Assembly: GCA_036821995.1 (NCBI GenBank)
Contig: DAISIM010000015.1
Location: 24,060 to 88,059, forward strand
DNA length: 64,000 nt
DNA from: Bryobacteraceae bacterium
GTDB taxonomy: Bacteria; Acidobacteriota; Terriglobia; Bryobacterales; Bryobacteraceae
Reading direction: 5' to 3'
Shown here: piece by piece, positions 9,628 through 19,602 of the stretch
Numbering within the stretch: the stretch's first letter is position 1
How the letters are laid out: each line of letters opens with the position of its first letter
Notes under the pieces: model-generated
The model's input: only the letters and a program-made list of their open reading frames with translations
What the model was told of the DNA's origin: nothing
Database searches by the model: none
Program-made: the position numbers and the translations under genes

Positions 9628-10686
9628 ATGATTCCAGCGATGGCTACCCACGAAGGCACAGCCCGCTACGCAGCACGCTACGCGGAAGCGAGTGCACAGG
9701 GCTTCTATCGCGATGCGCTCGGCTGGCGTTTGTCCAGCATTGGCCTGGGAAGTTACCTGGGTGAGCTGAGCGATGAGGCGGATCTAGGTTATTACAGTGC
9801 AACCCTCGATGCGGTGTCGGCGGGCATCAACGTCTTTGACTGCGCCATCAACTACCGCCATCAACGCAGTGAGCAGGCCATCGGTTCGGCTCTCCGCAAG
9901 GCGATCGCCTCCGGGTCAGTGGCGCGCGACGAACTTGTGGTCTGCACCAAGGCTGGCTTCCTTACGCCCGGTGCGGTTCCGGCGGGAATCCTGCGCGAAG
10001 AGGATATCGTGCGCGGCGTTCACTGTATGCACCCGGAGTTTCTCAAGGATCAGGTGCAGCGCAGCCGCGATAACCTAGGTCTCCAAACCATCGACATCCA
10101 CTATCTCCACAACCCCGAAACCCAGTTGGGCCAACTTCGCGATGATGACTTCCTCGCGCGGATGCGCGCCGCTTTTGAAGCGCTCGAATCCTGTTGCGCC
10201 AAGGGGTGGATCCAGAACTACGGCGTGGCCACCTGGGATGGGTTTCGCCGTCGCATCGACGCTGAGCCTGGCTTGCAGTTGGCCCACCTGATCGACCTCG
10301 CGCGTCAAGTGTCGGGTGACGGTCATCACTTTCGCGTGGTCCAGCTTCCTGTCAACCTCGCCATGACCGAAGCCTTCACCGTTCAAAACCAGATTCTCAA
10401 CGGAGAAGCTATCTCTTTCCTTGAGGCTGCCACCGCCTTAGGCATTACCGCCATTGCCAGCGCGTCCATTCTGCAGGCACGGCTTGCGCGGAATCTCCCT
10501 CCCCAACTCCACGCCGCCTTTCCTGAGGCCCGCACCGACGCTCAGCGTGCCCTTCAATTCACCCGGTCCACCCCCGGCATCACCGCCGCATTGGTGGGAA
10601 TGAGCCAGCGCCCCCACGTCGAGGAAAATCTCGGGTTGACAGCCTTTCCGCCCATGGCCGCCGATCTCTTCCGGCGTGTCTTCTAG
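9628..10686 (+). CDS. Aldo/keto reductase
   Basis: AKR tetrad context: FDCAINYRHQRSE (Asp/Tyr), VCTKAG (Lys) and HYLHNPE (His). Confidence 0.85.
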   Translation: MIPAMATHEGTARYAARYAEASAQGFYRDALGWRLSSIGLGSYLGELSDEADLGYYSATLDAVSAGINVFDCAINYRHQRSEQAIGSALRKAIASGSVARDELVVCTKAGFLTPGAVPAGILREEDIVRGVHCMHPEFLKDQVQRSRDNLGLQTIDIHYLHNPETQLGQLRDDDFLARMRAAFEALESCCAKGWIQNYGVATWDGFRRRIDAEPGLQLAHLIDLARQVSGDGHHFRVVQLPVNLAMTEAFTVQNQILNGEAISFLEAATALGITAIASASILQARLARNLPPQLHAAFPEARTDAQRALQFTRSTPGITAALVGMSQRPHVEENLGLTAFPPMAADLFRRVF

Positions 10687-10704
10687 CGCAAAGGATTGCT
10701 GCTT

Positions 10705-11844
10705 ATGTTCTCTCCTCCGCCCATTGTAGTGCCCTTAGCCGTGGCGGACGCTGATCTGGAAGCCGCGCTTGCGCAATTGCCCAACTCGCCGGCCGTGTTC
10801 CTCCTCGATGCCGGCCAAGGCCAGCAGCCTTACCTGTCGCGAACGAGTAATCTGGGGCGTCGATTACGCCGATTGTTGCGTCCGGTGGACGCTCCGTCGC
10901 GCATGCTGAATCTGCGTGGCATTGCCCGCCTCCTCCGTTACTGGCCAACCTCCAACGCACTCGGCGCTCAACTCTTGCTCTGGCAACAGGCACGCTTGCA
11001 CTATCCCGATCGCTACCGTCGCATGCTCCGCCTCCGCTTGCCCTACTATGCCGTCCTAACTACCGATAACCGCTTTCCCAGGGCTGCCGTATCCCGCGCG
11101 CCATCCCGCGACGACGCTGCCTTTGGCCCCTTCCCCTCTCGTCCTGCCACTGAGGACTTCCTTGCTCCACTTCTGGATCTTTTCCTGTTGCGGCGATGCG
11201 ATGACGAGCTCATGCCGGATCCTCAACACCCGGGCTGCATCTACGGTGAGATGGCCATGTGCCTGCGGCCCTGTCAGGCTGCTGTTGCCGATGCGGATTA
11301 CCGTACCGAGGCCCGGCACTTCCTGGCGGCGATGGCCACCCGGGGCGAGAGCCTGCGACAGCGCCTTCAACAGGAACGTGAAGCTGCCAGCGATTCCCTC
11401 AACTTCGAGGCTGCGGCCCTCGCTCACAAACGCCTGTCCAAGCTTCATAGTGCCTTCCCTGCCACCTTGGGTTTCGCACGCCAGCTTGCCTCTCTCCATG
11501 GCATCGCCGTCGCCCCGGGGCAGTCCGCCCACGAGGCCACCCTCTGGCCGGTCTATGCCGGTCACTTGCAGCAGCCTGTGCCGGTTCCTGCTGGCATTCC
11601 GGATGCCCAAGGTCTGCGCCACCTGGCTGCGTCGCGTTTTCTTGCTCCGGTCATTCACCCGCCAGATGCTCGCCATGAACTGCTGGCGATCTTCAGTAAA
11701 TGGCTACGCTCCTCGTGGTGTGATGGACTATGGGTAGAAGTGGCGGACGACCTCGCCATTCCGGTAAGGAAACTTCGCAATGCCATCCGGCGGGTAGCCT
11801 CCGTGACGGATCCATCGGCAGAAAATCTGGGGCTCGACGAATAG
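10705..11844 (+). CDS. UvrC N-terminal-half homolog (degenerate GIY-YIG + Cys-rich + UVR motif; lacks the C-terminal endonuclease and HhH domains)
   Basis: ORF 10696..11844. The ATG at 10705 sits 9 nt after AAGGA. FGPFPSR, the four-Cys block RRCDD..GCIYGEMAMCLRPC and the UVR-like LNFEAAALAHKRLSKL align to UvrC. Confidence 0.6.
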   Translation: MFSPPPIVVPLAVADADLEAALAQLPNSPAVFLLDAGQGQQPYLSRTSNLGRRLRRLLRPVDAPSRMLNLRGIARLLRYWPTSNALGAQLLLWQQARLHYPDRYRRMLRLRLPYYAVLTTDNRFPRAAVSRAPSRDDAAFGPFPSRPATEDFLAPLLDLFLLRRCDDELMPDPQHPGCIYGEMAMCLRPCQAAVADADYRTEARHFLAAMATRGESLRQRLQQEREAASDSLNFEAAALAHKRLSKLHSAFPATLGFARQLASLHGIAVAPGQSAHEATLWPVYAGHLQQPVPVPAGIPDAQGLRHLAASRFLAPVIHPPDARHELLAIFSKWLRSSWCDGLWVEVADDLAIPVRKLRNAIRRVASVTDPSAENLGLDE

Positions 11845-11854
11845 GAGACTTCCG

Positions 11855-12301
11855 ATGCAGCCAGGGACCTTTGAGATCGCCATGGATAGCAACGTGGAAG
11901 ACGCCACCCTGGCTTCCTTCGTGGTACGGTCCTTTCTTGCCCGGCTGCAACTGGATGAGCATGAAGCCGATATGACGGAGCTTTGCCTCCAGGAGGCTCT
12001 GGTCAATTGCGTGGTACACGCCTACGGTCGCAGGTCCGGTAGCGTTGTCCGGCTACGATTGATCCTGGGGAAAGACACCATCGTCTTTGAAGTAGAGGAC
12101 TTTGGTCCGGGCGTCGACCGAGAGTTCCTGGAGGAGGCCATCCGCAAAGCCCATGACTTTGATCCTACTGACCCTTCCTCACTTTCCAACGGTGGTCGCG
12201 GCATGCTGATCATTGCCCGCGTGATGGATTCCTGGGACTACTTCCGCTGCGGAGACGCGAACGTCCTGCGAATGACCAAGCGCTTTCAGTCGGCCAGCTG
12301 A
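11855..12301 (+). CDS. RsbW/SpoIIAB-like anti-sigma factor serine kinase (HATPase_c)
   Basis: 148 aa with N-box EALVNCVVHAY, G1 DFGPG and G2 GGRGMLIIARVMD. Confidence 0.7.
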   Translation: MQPGTFEIAMDSNVEDATLASFVVRSFLARLQLDEHEADMTELCLQEALVNCVVHAYGRRSGSVVRLRLILGKDTIVFEVEDFGPGVDREFLEEAIRKAHDFDPTDPSSLSNGGRGMLIIARVMDSWDYFRCGDANVLRMTKRFQSAS

Positions 12302-12321
12302 TCTGGCAGTGAGGCAGCTAG

Positions 12322-12352
12322 AAGTACACTTTGCGAGAAAAAGTACTTTGCG
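12322..12352. promoter_or_regulatory. Direct repeat AAGTAC(A)CTTTGCG x2, candidate operator upstream of the membrane-protein/HTH operon
   Basis: aagtacactttgcg at 12322-12335 and aagtactttgcg at 12341-12352, 30 nt upstream of the ATG at 12382. The function is inferred. Confidence 0.3.
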
Positions 12353-12381
12353 GATCAAGGAATCTCTGGTAGTCTGAATCT

Positions 12382-12993
12382 ATGGCAAGCTCCTCAAATC
12401 CTTCGCCGCGTGGTGGTGTCGTGAGGATGGATGCAATCGCCGAAGGCAATCTTCGCTACATCCGCGATGCAATGGAGCGCGCCTCATCCTTCACCGCGGT
12501 CTCCGGGTTGGGATTGGTGGTGATTGGCCTGATTGGCGTTGCGGCCTGGTGGGCGAGTGATCCCTGGTTCGGCAGTGCACGCTGGACAGAAACCTGGGTG
12601 GGCGCCGCTGTGCTGGCGATTCTCGTAGGCAGCGCTTCTATTGTGGTGAAGGCCAAGCTTACCGCTGCCAGCCTGCATACTGCTCCCGCGCGTAAGTTTG
12701 CATTGAACCTTGCACCTCCCATGCTAGTGGGGATGCTGCTGACTGCCGCCATGTACCGGGCTGGGCAACAGGAATGGCTGGCGCCCTTATGGCTGCTGCT
12801 CTACGGCGCTGGTGTCATCACCGGCGGCTTCGCCTCCGTTCGTAGTGTGCCCGTGATGGGACTTGGTTTTCTCGTGTTGGGCCTCTTGGCGCTGCTGGTT
12901 CCTTCGGCGTTGGCGCCACTGCTCTTGCTGGCGGGCTTCGGCGGCTTACATCTCGCCTTTGGTGCCTATATCGCATGGAGGCATCATGGCTAA
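12382..12993 (+). CDS. Hypothetical polytopic membrane protein
   Basis: 203 aa with about 5 hydrophobic segments. Its stop overlaps the start of the downstream HTH gene by 8 nt. Confidence 0.55.
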   Translation: MASSSNPSPRGGVVRMDAIAEGNLRYIRDAMERASSFTAVSGLGLVVIGLIGVAAWWASDPWFGSARWTETWVGAAVLAILVGSASIVVKAKLTAASLHTAPARKFALNLAPPMLVGMLLTAAMYRAGQQEWLAPLWLLLYGAGVITGGFASVRSVPVMGLGFLVLGLLALLVPSALAPLLLLAGFGGLHLAFGAYIAWRHHG

Positions 12994-13339
12994 GCCCGCA
13001 AGTAAGATTTCGGTTCCCCCGTCTCCCCGCGTGATGCGCGTGGTCACCAACCCGGTTGCTGATGCCCTCATCCACGAGCGTACGCGCCTGGCTATCGTCA
13101 GTAGCCTGGCCGTGAATGATCAGCTTAGTTTCAGCGAGCTGAAAGCGCTGTTGGACATCACCGATGGCAACCTCAGCATTCATGCCCGCAAGTTGGAGGA
13201 CGCAGGGTATCTGCAATGCGAGAAAACATTCGAAGGCCGCACACCAAGGACCGTCTACAAGCTCACCGCAGATGGCCGGAGTGCGCTCCGGCGCTACCTT
13301 GATCACATGGAAAAGCTCATTCACGCTGCCCGAGAGTAA
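12986..13339 (+). CDS. Winged-helix transcriptional regulator (HTH_34/ArsR-like)
   Basis: Begins at the internal ATG 12986 of ORF 12863..13339. IHERTRLAIVSSL...FSELKALLDITDGNLSIHARKLEDAGYLQCEK..RTPRTVYKLTADGRSAL is a typical winged-helix pattern. Confidence 0.8.
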   Translation: MAKPASKISVPPSPRVMRVVTNPVADALIHERTRLAIVSSLAVNDQLSFSELKALLDITDGNLSIHARKLEDAGYLQCEKTFEGRTPRTVYKLTADGRSALRRYLDHMEKLIHAARE

Positions 13340-13360
13340 ATTTTTTTGGAGGTAAACTTT

Positions 13361-14148
<788 letters not shown>

Positions 14149-14152
<4 letters not shown>

Positions 14153-15417
14153 CCGCACATACCCTCAGCATCGGCCTCATCTACCTCTGCACATGTGCGG
14201 CGTGGTGGATCCTTGGCACCACAATTTTCATCCGCACGAATGACACACCTTCCCAGCAGCGGCAGGGCGTCGAGTCCGCTTGGGGTAAGCCGCAAAGGCA
14301 GCAGTCGCCAAAGGTCTGGTACTGCGAAGTGGCTGACACCTCGCCCGAGCTTCCCGGCAAGCCCGATACCTCCAGCAGGCGCGAGACAAAGAAACCACAC
14401 TGTGCTGTGGCCCTACCCCTCACCCAGTCCCGCATTGCCACTTCGTTAGAACTGAATCACCGCCGCAAGGGCCTCGTCTGGTTTAGTACCTATGAGGTGG
14501 ATTTCCAGGCCACCTATCGCGCGGCAAACACCACCGCGGAACCGCGCAGGGTGTACGTAGAGTTTGCCCTGCCAGTGGGACAGTCAGTCTTCGATGGCTT
14601 CACCGCGACGCTGAACGGTGAGGACGTCAGCCAGTCCATTCGCAACTCGGCCCTCAACGCCCATCGGGATCTAGCGCCTGGCGAAGAGCTTACCTTCAAC
14701 GTGGCCTACCGCTCACAGGGTCTTGACCAATGGACCTATGCCCTTCCTACGGGGGTGTCGCGCGTGAACGATTTTGTGCTGACCATGCGCACCAACTTCC
14801 ATCGGATTGACTTCCCTGCCGGTGCACTTGCCGCAACCACGCGCGCGCAGACAGCAGATGGCTGGAACCTGGAATGGCGCTATGAAAGCCTCCTTACTGA
14901 CCTCGGCATTGCCATGGCCATGCCTGCGCACCTACAACCCGGTGAGCTCGCTGGACGCATCACCTTCTTCGCGCCCGTGGCCTTGCTGTTCTACTTCTTC
15001 CTCATGCTGATGCTCACCGTGAAGAGAGGCATTTCGCTTCATGCCATGAACTACTTCTTTCTGGCCACGGCCTTCTTCGCCTTCCACCTGTTGCTGGCCT
15101 ATACGGTGGACCACATCGACATCCACGTAGCCTTCCTGCTGAGCGCCGTGGTGTCCATCTTCCTGGCGGTGTCTTACCTGCGTGTCGTAGCCGGCATGCG
15201 CTTCGCACTGCTGGACGCGGGGCTGCTACAGTTCATCTACCTGGTGGGCTTCTCCTATAGCTTCTTCCTGGAAGGCTACAGCGCTCTGTGCGTGACGGTG
15301 GCGTCCATCATCACCCTATATGTGGTGATGCAACTGACAGCCAGGGTGAACTGGGCTGAGCACTTCGCGCGGAGACGTCCCGCAATGCCTCCGCCACCAT
15401 TGCCTGCCCGGCTGTAA
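14149..15417 (+). CDS. CreD-like inner membrane protein
   Basis: One N-terminal TM segment, an extracytoplasmic region of about 250 aa and 5 C-terminal TM segments. The C-terminal block (ISLHAMNYFFLATAFFAFHLLLAYTVDH) resembles CreD. ATGA overlap with the uppS stop, and GGAGG 6 nt upstream. Confidence 0.5.
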
Positions 15418-15463
15418 GGGAGCGGAAGACTGGGGGTTCCCGCGGGATGCCCCCAGCCATCCG

Positions 15464-16726
15464 TCATTCGTACTGCAGCGCCCGCACGGGATCCAGGTTC
15501 GCTGCGCGAATCGCCGGTATCAGTCCCGCGATGAGTCCTACAAGCAGCAGGACGCCGTTTGAGATGATCAAGGCGAGTGGGGACAGACGGAGCTGAAGAC
15601 GTCCGAACTCATCCCCAAGGTCGTCGAAGATGCCGCCCAGAAAGGGCAGTGACGAAACGATCTGGATTGCGCCGAGGCTAAGAACCAGTCCCGCCACTGC
15701 CCCAAGAAACACAATCAGCAAGGCCTCGCTTAGGAACTGAAGGAACACGGTGCGCTTGGGGCTGCCCACGGCGCGCATCACGCCAATCTCGCGGGTGCGT
15801 TCCAGCACGCTGGCCAGCATGATGTTGGTGAGCCCGACGCCCCCAATGCCCAGAGTGAGCGCGCCCACGAAGGCCAGCAGACCCTGGAGGGCCAGGGACA
15901 TCCCGCTGATGATGCCAATGAACTGGCTGAACGCCAGAATCTCCACCGCCTTTTCGTCTGTCGGCGAGAAGCGGTGGACGCTTGCCAGCGTCGCCCGCAC
16001 CTGCCGAACTGCCTCGTCGTTCACTGCGGGGCTGCGCGGCATCCACACCAGCATGTCGGGATACTGCGGGTCCCGGAATAGGCTTGCGGTCTCATAGGGG
16101 ATGTAAAGGCAGTGGTTGTCGGGGCGGTTATAGTTGCTGATCTGCACCTTCGGCTCCAGCACGCCAATTACCTCGAAGCGAATGCCGCCAATGGTGAGTG
16201 TCTGGCCAAGCGCTGGCGTGTTCTTGAAGAGCTCCTTTGCTACCACGGCGCCAACTACCGCCACCCGATTGCGCTGGTTGCCATCCATCGCGTTCAGCCA
16301 GCGGCCCTGGGCCAGCTTCATGTTCCGGATGGTCTGGTACTCGGGCCAGACCGCGCGCGTAAGGTAGTCCTTCTCCGTCGAGCCATACATCACATTGCGT
16401 CCATGCATGAAGATCTCCGGGGACATCCATGCTACCGACGGGACTACCTCCTTCACCGTGTTTGCGTCATCCAGCCGCATCCGTATCCGTCGCCCAGCGC
16501 GTAGACCGCCAGCCTGGCTACTGGTCTGGCCGTTCCAGGTGATTACCAGGTCTGGTCCGGAGGCGCGAAACGCAGCTGTGAGCGCTGTCTCAAAACCAGC
16601 GCCATAGGACATTAGGATGAGGAAGGACGCCACTCCCCAGGCAAGGCTCAACACCGTAATGACGCTGCGGCGCCGGTAGTAGTTCAGGCTCCTGAAGGCT
16701 TCGACGAGAACTGTACGCCAGTGCAT
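15464..16726 (-). CDS. MacB/FtsX-type ABC transporter permease (MacB periplasmic domain + FtsX)
   Basis: N-terminal TM, a large periplasmic domain, and the C-terminal FtsX block LERTREIGVMRAVGSPK ... DPVRALQYE. Confidence 0.85.
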   Translation of the reverse strand: MHWRTVLVEAFRSLNYYRRRSVITVLSLAWGVASFLILMSYGAGFETALTAAFRASGPDLVITWNGQTSSQAGGLRAGRRIRMRLDDANTVKEVVPSVAWMSPEIFMHGRNVMYGSTEKDYLTRAVWPEYQTIRNMKLAQGRWLNAMDGNQRNRVAVVGAVVAKELFKNTPALGQTLTIGGIRFEVIGVLEPKVQISNYNRPDNHCLYIPYETASLFRDPQYPDMLVWMPRSPAVNDEAVRQVRATLASVHRFSPTDEKAVEILAFSQFIGIISGMSLALQGLLAFVGALTLGIGGVGLTNIMLASVLERTREIGVMRAVGSPKRTVFLQFLSEALLIVFLGAVAGLVLSLGAIQIVSSLPFLGGIFDDLGDEFGRLQLRLSPLALIISNGVLLLVGLIAGLIPAIRAANLDPVRALQYE

Positions 16727-16729
16727 GGG

Positions 16730-18013
16730 TTACCTCTCAAAGCGAAGCGCGTCCACCGGGGTCATGGCGGCGGCTCGCCAGGCGGGCGGAACGGCGGAAA
16801 GAACGGCTACCGTCATCAGCGAGGAAGCCACCGTAGCGATGGTGCGACTGCTGATGGGGATACCGGAGAACATCTCAGGCAGCGGCAGCGCATTCACTGC
16901 ACCCGCCAGAGAAAACACGAACAGGCAGCCGCCCAGTCCGCTGAGGAGAGCCAGCGCAAGGCCCTCGCCAAAGAACTCGCCAAGGATTCGATGCCGCGAC
17001 GCCCCCAACGCCTTCTTCAGCCCGATCTCGTTGGTTCGCTCAGCCACCGCCATCATCATCGTGTTCATCACGCTCACGCCACCCAGAGCCAGTGTGATGA
17101 GCGCGATGATACTCAGGAATACCTCAGTCGCATTGAAGATACGGGCGAACTCTTTGGCGCTTTCCACGGTGTCCCACATGTGGATGGCGTTCTCGTCGAG
17201 GGCGTCAAAGTTGTGGTTGCGGGCCAGCAGTTCGCGGACCTGCCTCTGGGCGAGTTCCCACTGCTCAACACTTGCCGGGCGATAGATGATGGTCTGCACC
17301 AGCCCGTTGGTGCGGGTCTCGCGGGTGGCCGGTGCGTCCTTCAGCAGCATTGCGTCCGGCACCAGCACTTTGTCGTTGTCCCAGCCGTCGTAGCTGGAGT
17401 TCTGCGTCTTGTGTGACAGGATGCCTACCACCAGGTAGGGCATGCCTTTGATGTGAATGCGCGCGCCGATGGCAGGCCGGTGCTTCGGGAACAACTGCTG
17501 GGCAACCGTGGCGCCAAGAACCGCCACGCGGCGTTCCTGAAGGATGTCCTCCGAGCTGATTGAGCGCCCCTCGCCGAGTGGGAAGTTCCGCAGAGCGAGG
17601 TACTGCGGATTTACACCCAAGGTGAGGAAGCGGCCGGAGTTGTGGTCACTGTTCACGGCCAGATCGGGGCTCTTCACTTCCGCGCTCACGGTGGTCACTG
17701 TCGGGACCTGATCCCGGATCATCTCAACATCGCGCTGGCGGAGCCGGATGAATCGTCCAGCGGGCTGCCCCGCGGCGGGGAGTTCCGTCTTGCCTCCCCA
17801 GACCATCACGATGTCCTTGCCAATCTGGGCCATGTTGTTGCGTTGGCCTTCCCGGAAGCCATCGCAGAGGCCGCCTAGCAGGACAAGCGACACCACTCCC
17901 CAGGCAATACCGAACATCGTGAGAAAGCTGCGGAGCTTGTACCTCCACATGTTCGAGATCGTCTGTCCCACGAAGGTGCGTATTGGATCCCACATCAACT
18001 TGGATCGCCTCAA
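16730..18013 (-). CDS. MacB/FtsX-type ABC transporter permease (paralog of the neighbour)
   Basis: Same architecture as the neighbour. AERTNEIGLKKALGASR and TPVDALRFER are present. Only 3 nt separate the two genes. Confidence 0.85.
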   Translation of the reverse strand: MRRSKLMWDPIRTFVGQTISNMWRYKLRSFLTMFGIAWGVVSLVLLGGLCDGFREGQRNNMAQIGKDIVMVWGGKTELPAAGQPAGRFIRLRQRDVEMIRDQVPTVTTVSAEVKSPDLAVNSDHNSGRFLTLGVNPQYLALRNFPLGEGRSISSEDILQERRVAVLGATVAQQLFPKHRPAIGARIHIKGMPYLVVGILSHKTQNSSYDGWDNDKVLVPDAMLLKDAPATRETRTNGLVQTIIYRPASVEQWELAQRQVRELLARNHNFDALDENAIHMWDTVESAKEFARIFNATEVFLSIIALITLALGGVSVMNTMMMAVAERTNEIGLKKALGASRHRILGEFFGEGLALALLSGLGGCLFVFSLAGAVNALPLPEMFSGIPISSRTIATVASSLMTVAVLSAVPPAWRAAAMTPVDALRFER

Positions 18014-18066
18014 TGGCTCCTACGCAGGCTGGGCCGGATAGTTCCGGAAATCTAATCGAATGGGGG

Positions 18067-18675
18067 CTAGCCTGGCTGGAGGTAAGTGGCCAGGATGGGC
18101 GCTAGCGCCTCTTTTTGCCGCTGGTAGCGGATACGTTCGGCCCGAACGATGGACATGAGGTTCTGGGCACTTTCCTCAATGTTGTCATTGACAACCGTAT
18201 AGCCGTAGCGGCTGGCGTAGTGCACCTCAGCGGAGGCCTCCCGCAGGCGGCGCTGGATCACCTCTTCGGCATCCTCTGACCGCTTACGTAAGCGCTGTTC
18301 CAGAACCTCCCGGGATGGCGCCACGATGAAGATGCTTACCGCATCCGGGCACTTGGCCATCACTTGCATGCCGCCCTGGACGTCGATATCCAGCAGAAGG
18401 TCACTGCCTTCGGCATCCGCCTGTTGGGCATAACGCTGGTGGGTGCCGTAGTAGTTGCCGAAGACCTCGGCGTATTCCAGAAACTCGCCGGCGTCGATAC
18501 GCTGCTGAAACTCCGGACGGGAGATGTAGTGGTAGTGCTGGCCCTCCACCTCCGCGCCGCGTGGGCTGCGGGTGGTGTAACTGACACTGAAGGCCAGCCG
18601 TGGCACTGCCCGGATGAGTTCGTTCACCAGGGTGGACTTGCCGGAGCCGCTAGGGGCCGAGATGATGATGACCAT
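18067..18675 (-). CDS. gmk: Guanylate kinase
   Basis: P-loop SAPSGSGKSTL, then SYTTRSPRGAEVEGQHYHYIS and FLEYAEVFGNYYGT. Confidence 0.93.
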   Translation of the reverse strand: MVIIISAPSGSGKSTLVNELIRAVPRLAFSVSYTTRSPRGAEVEGQHYHYISRPEFQQRIDAGEFLEYAEVFGNYYGTHQRYAQQADAEGSDLLLDIDVQGGMQVMAKCPDAVSIFIVAPSREVLEQRLRKRSEDAEEVIQRRLREASAEVHYASRYGYTVVNDNIEESAQNLMSIVRAERIRYQRQKEALAPILATYLQPG

Positions 18676-18696
18676 CGCGCGTATCCTTCCGGGGGC

Positions 18697-19602
18697 TTAC
18701 TCCAGGTTCAGTGCCTGTTCTCGCATCTTCTCAATCTCAGCCTTCATGGTGAGGCCGGCTTTGGTGATGCGGAGTCCGAAATCGCCGGTATTGGCGGTCT
18801 TTGCCAGCAGGGTGTTGGCCTCGCGATTCATCTCCTGCAGGAGGAAGTCGACCTTCTTACCGATCTCCCCGCCGGCTTCCAGCAACTGGCGTAACTCATG
18901 AACGTGGACTCGAAGGCGGGTGATCTCCTCGGAGACGTCGGTCTTGTCCGTGAGGATGGCAGCCTCCTGTGCCACCCGTTGGGGATCGAGGGTCTGGCCG
19001 GCGAGCAGGTCCGCAAGCCTTTGCTGCAGCCGGCTCTGGAAATACTGCAAGGCCTCGCCACGAAGCTCTTCGGCCACCTGTGTGGCACTGGATACGATCA
19101 CCGTGCGTTGCAGCAGATCCTCCAGGATGGCTTTCCCCTCGCGTTCGCGGAAGGTGCGGTGTTCGGCCAGCAGGAGCTCGAGCGCCTCAAGCAATTGGGT
19201 TGCAAAGGCATCCGGGTTGGCTGACTCCTCCTCGGCAAGCATGCCGGGTACGCGCAGGGCGGCCTCAATCTCAGGTTCGGCGTTTGTGCCAGCCAAGGCC
19301 GAAGCGCGCTGCCAGGCAGCCAGCCAGGCACGGAAGAGGGGTTCGTTCAACTGCAGGTTGCCATTGCTGCCGTTGCGACCCATCTGAACGCTGAGCTGGA
19401 CATAGCCGCGCGTGATCCATGCGCGCAGCCGCTTGCGGACCTCGTTCTCCAGTGCCTCCGCGGAGGAGGGCAGGTTGAGCTGGAGGTCAAGGGCCTTATG
19501 GTTGACGCTCTTGACCGTGAGCACGCAGTCCCGGCCGCTGAGATGGGCGTTGGTGCGCGCGAAGCCGGTCATGCTGCGGGTGGGGTTGGGGGTGGTGGTC
19601 AT
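18697..19602 (-). CDS. YicC-family stress-induced protein
   Basis: SMTGFA N-terminus and the C-terminal DFLLQEMNREANTLLAKT block. The conserved yicC-gmk pairing is present. ATGA overlap with the upstream ABC exporter stop. Confidence 0.88.
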   Translation of the reverse strand: MTTTPNPTRSMTGFARTNAHLSGRDCVLTVKSVNHKALDLQLNLPSSAEALENEVRKRLRAWITRGYVQLSVQMGRNGSNGNLQLNEPLFRAWLAAWQRASALAGTNAEPEIEAALRVPGMLAEEESANPDAFATQLLEALELLLAEHRTFREREGKAILEDLLQRTVIVSSATQVAEELRGEALQYFQSRLQQRLADLLAGQTLDPQRVAQEAAILTDKTDVSEEITRLRVHVHELRQLLEAGGEIGKKVDFLLQEMNREANTLLAKTANTGDFGLRITKAGLTMKAEIEKMREQALNLE

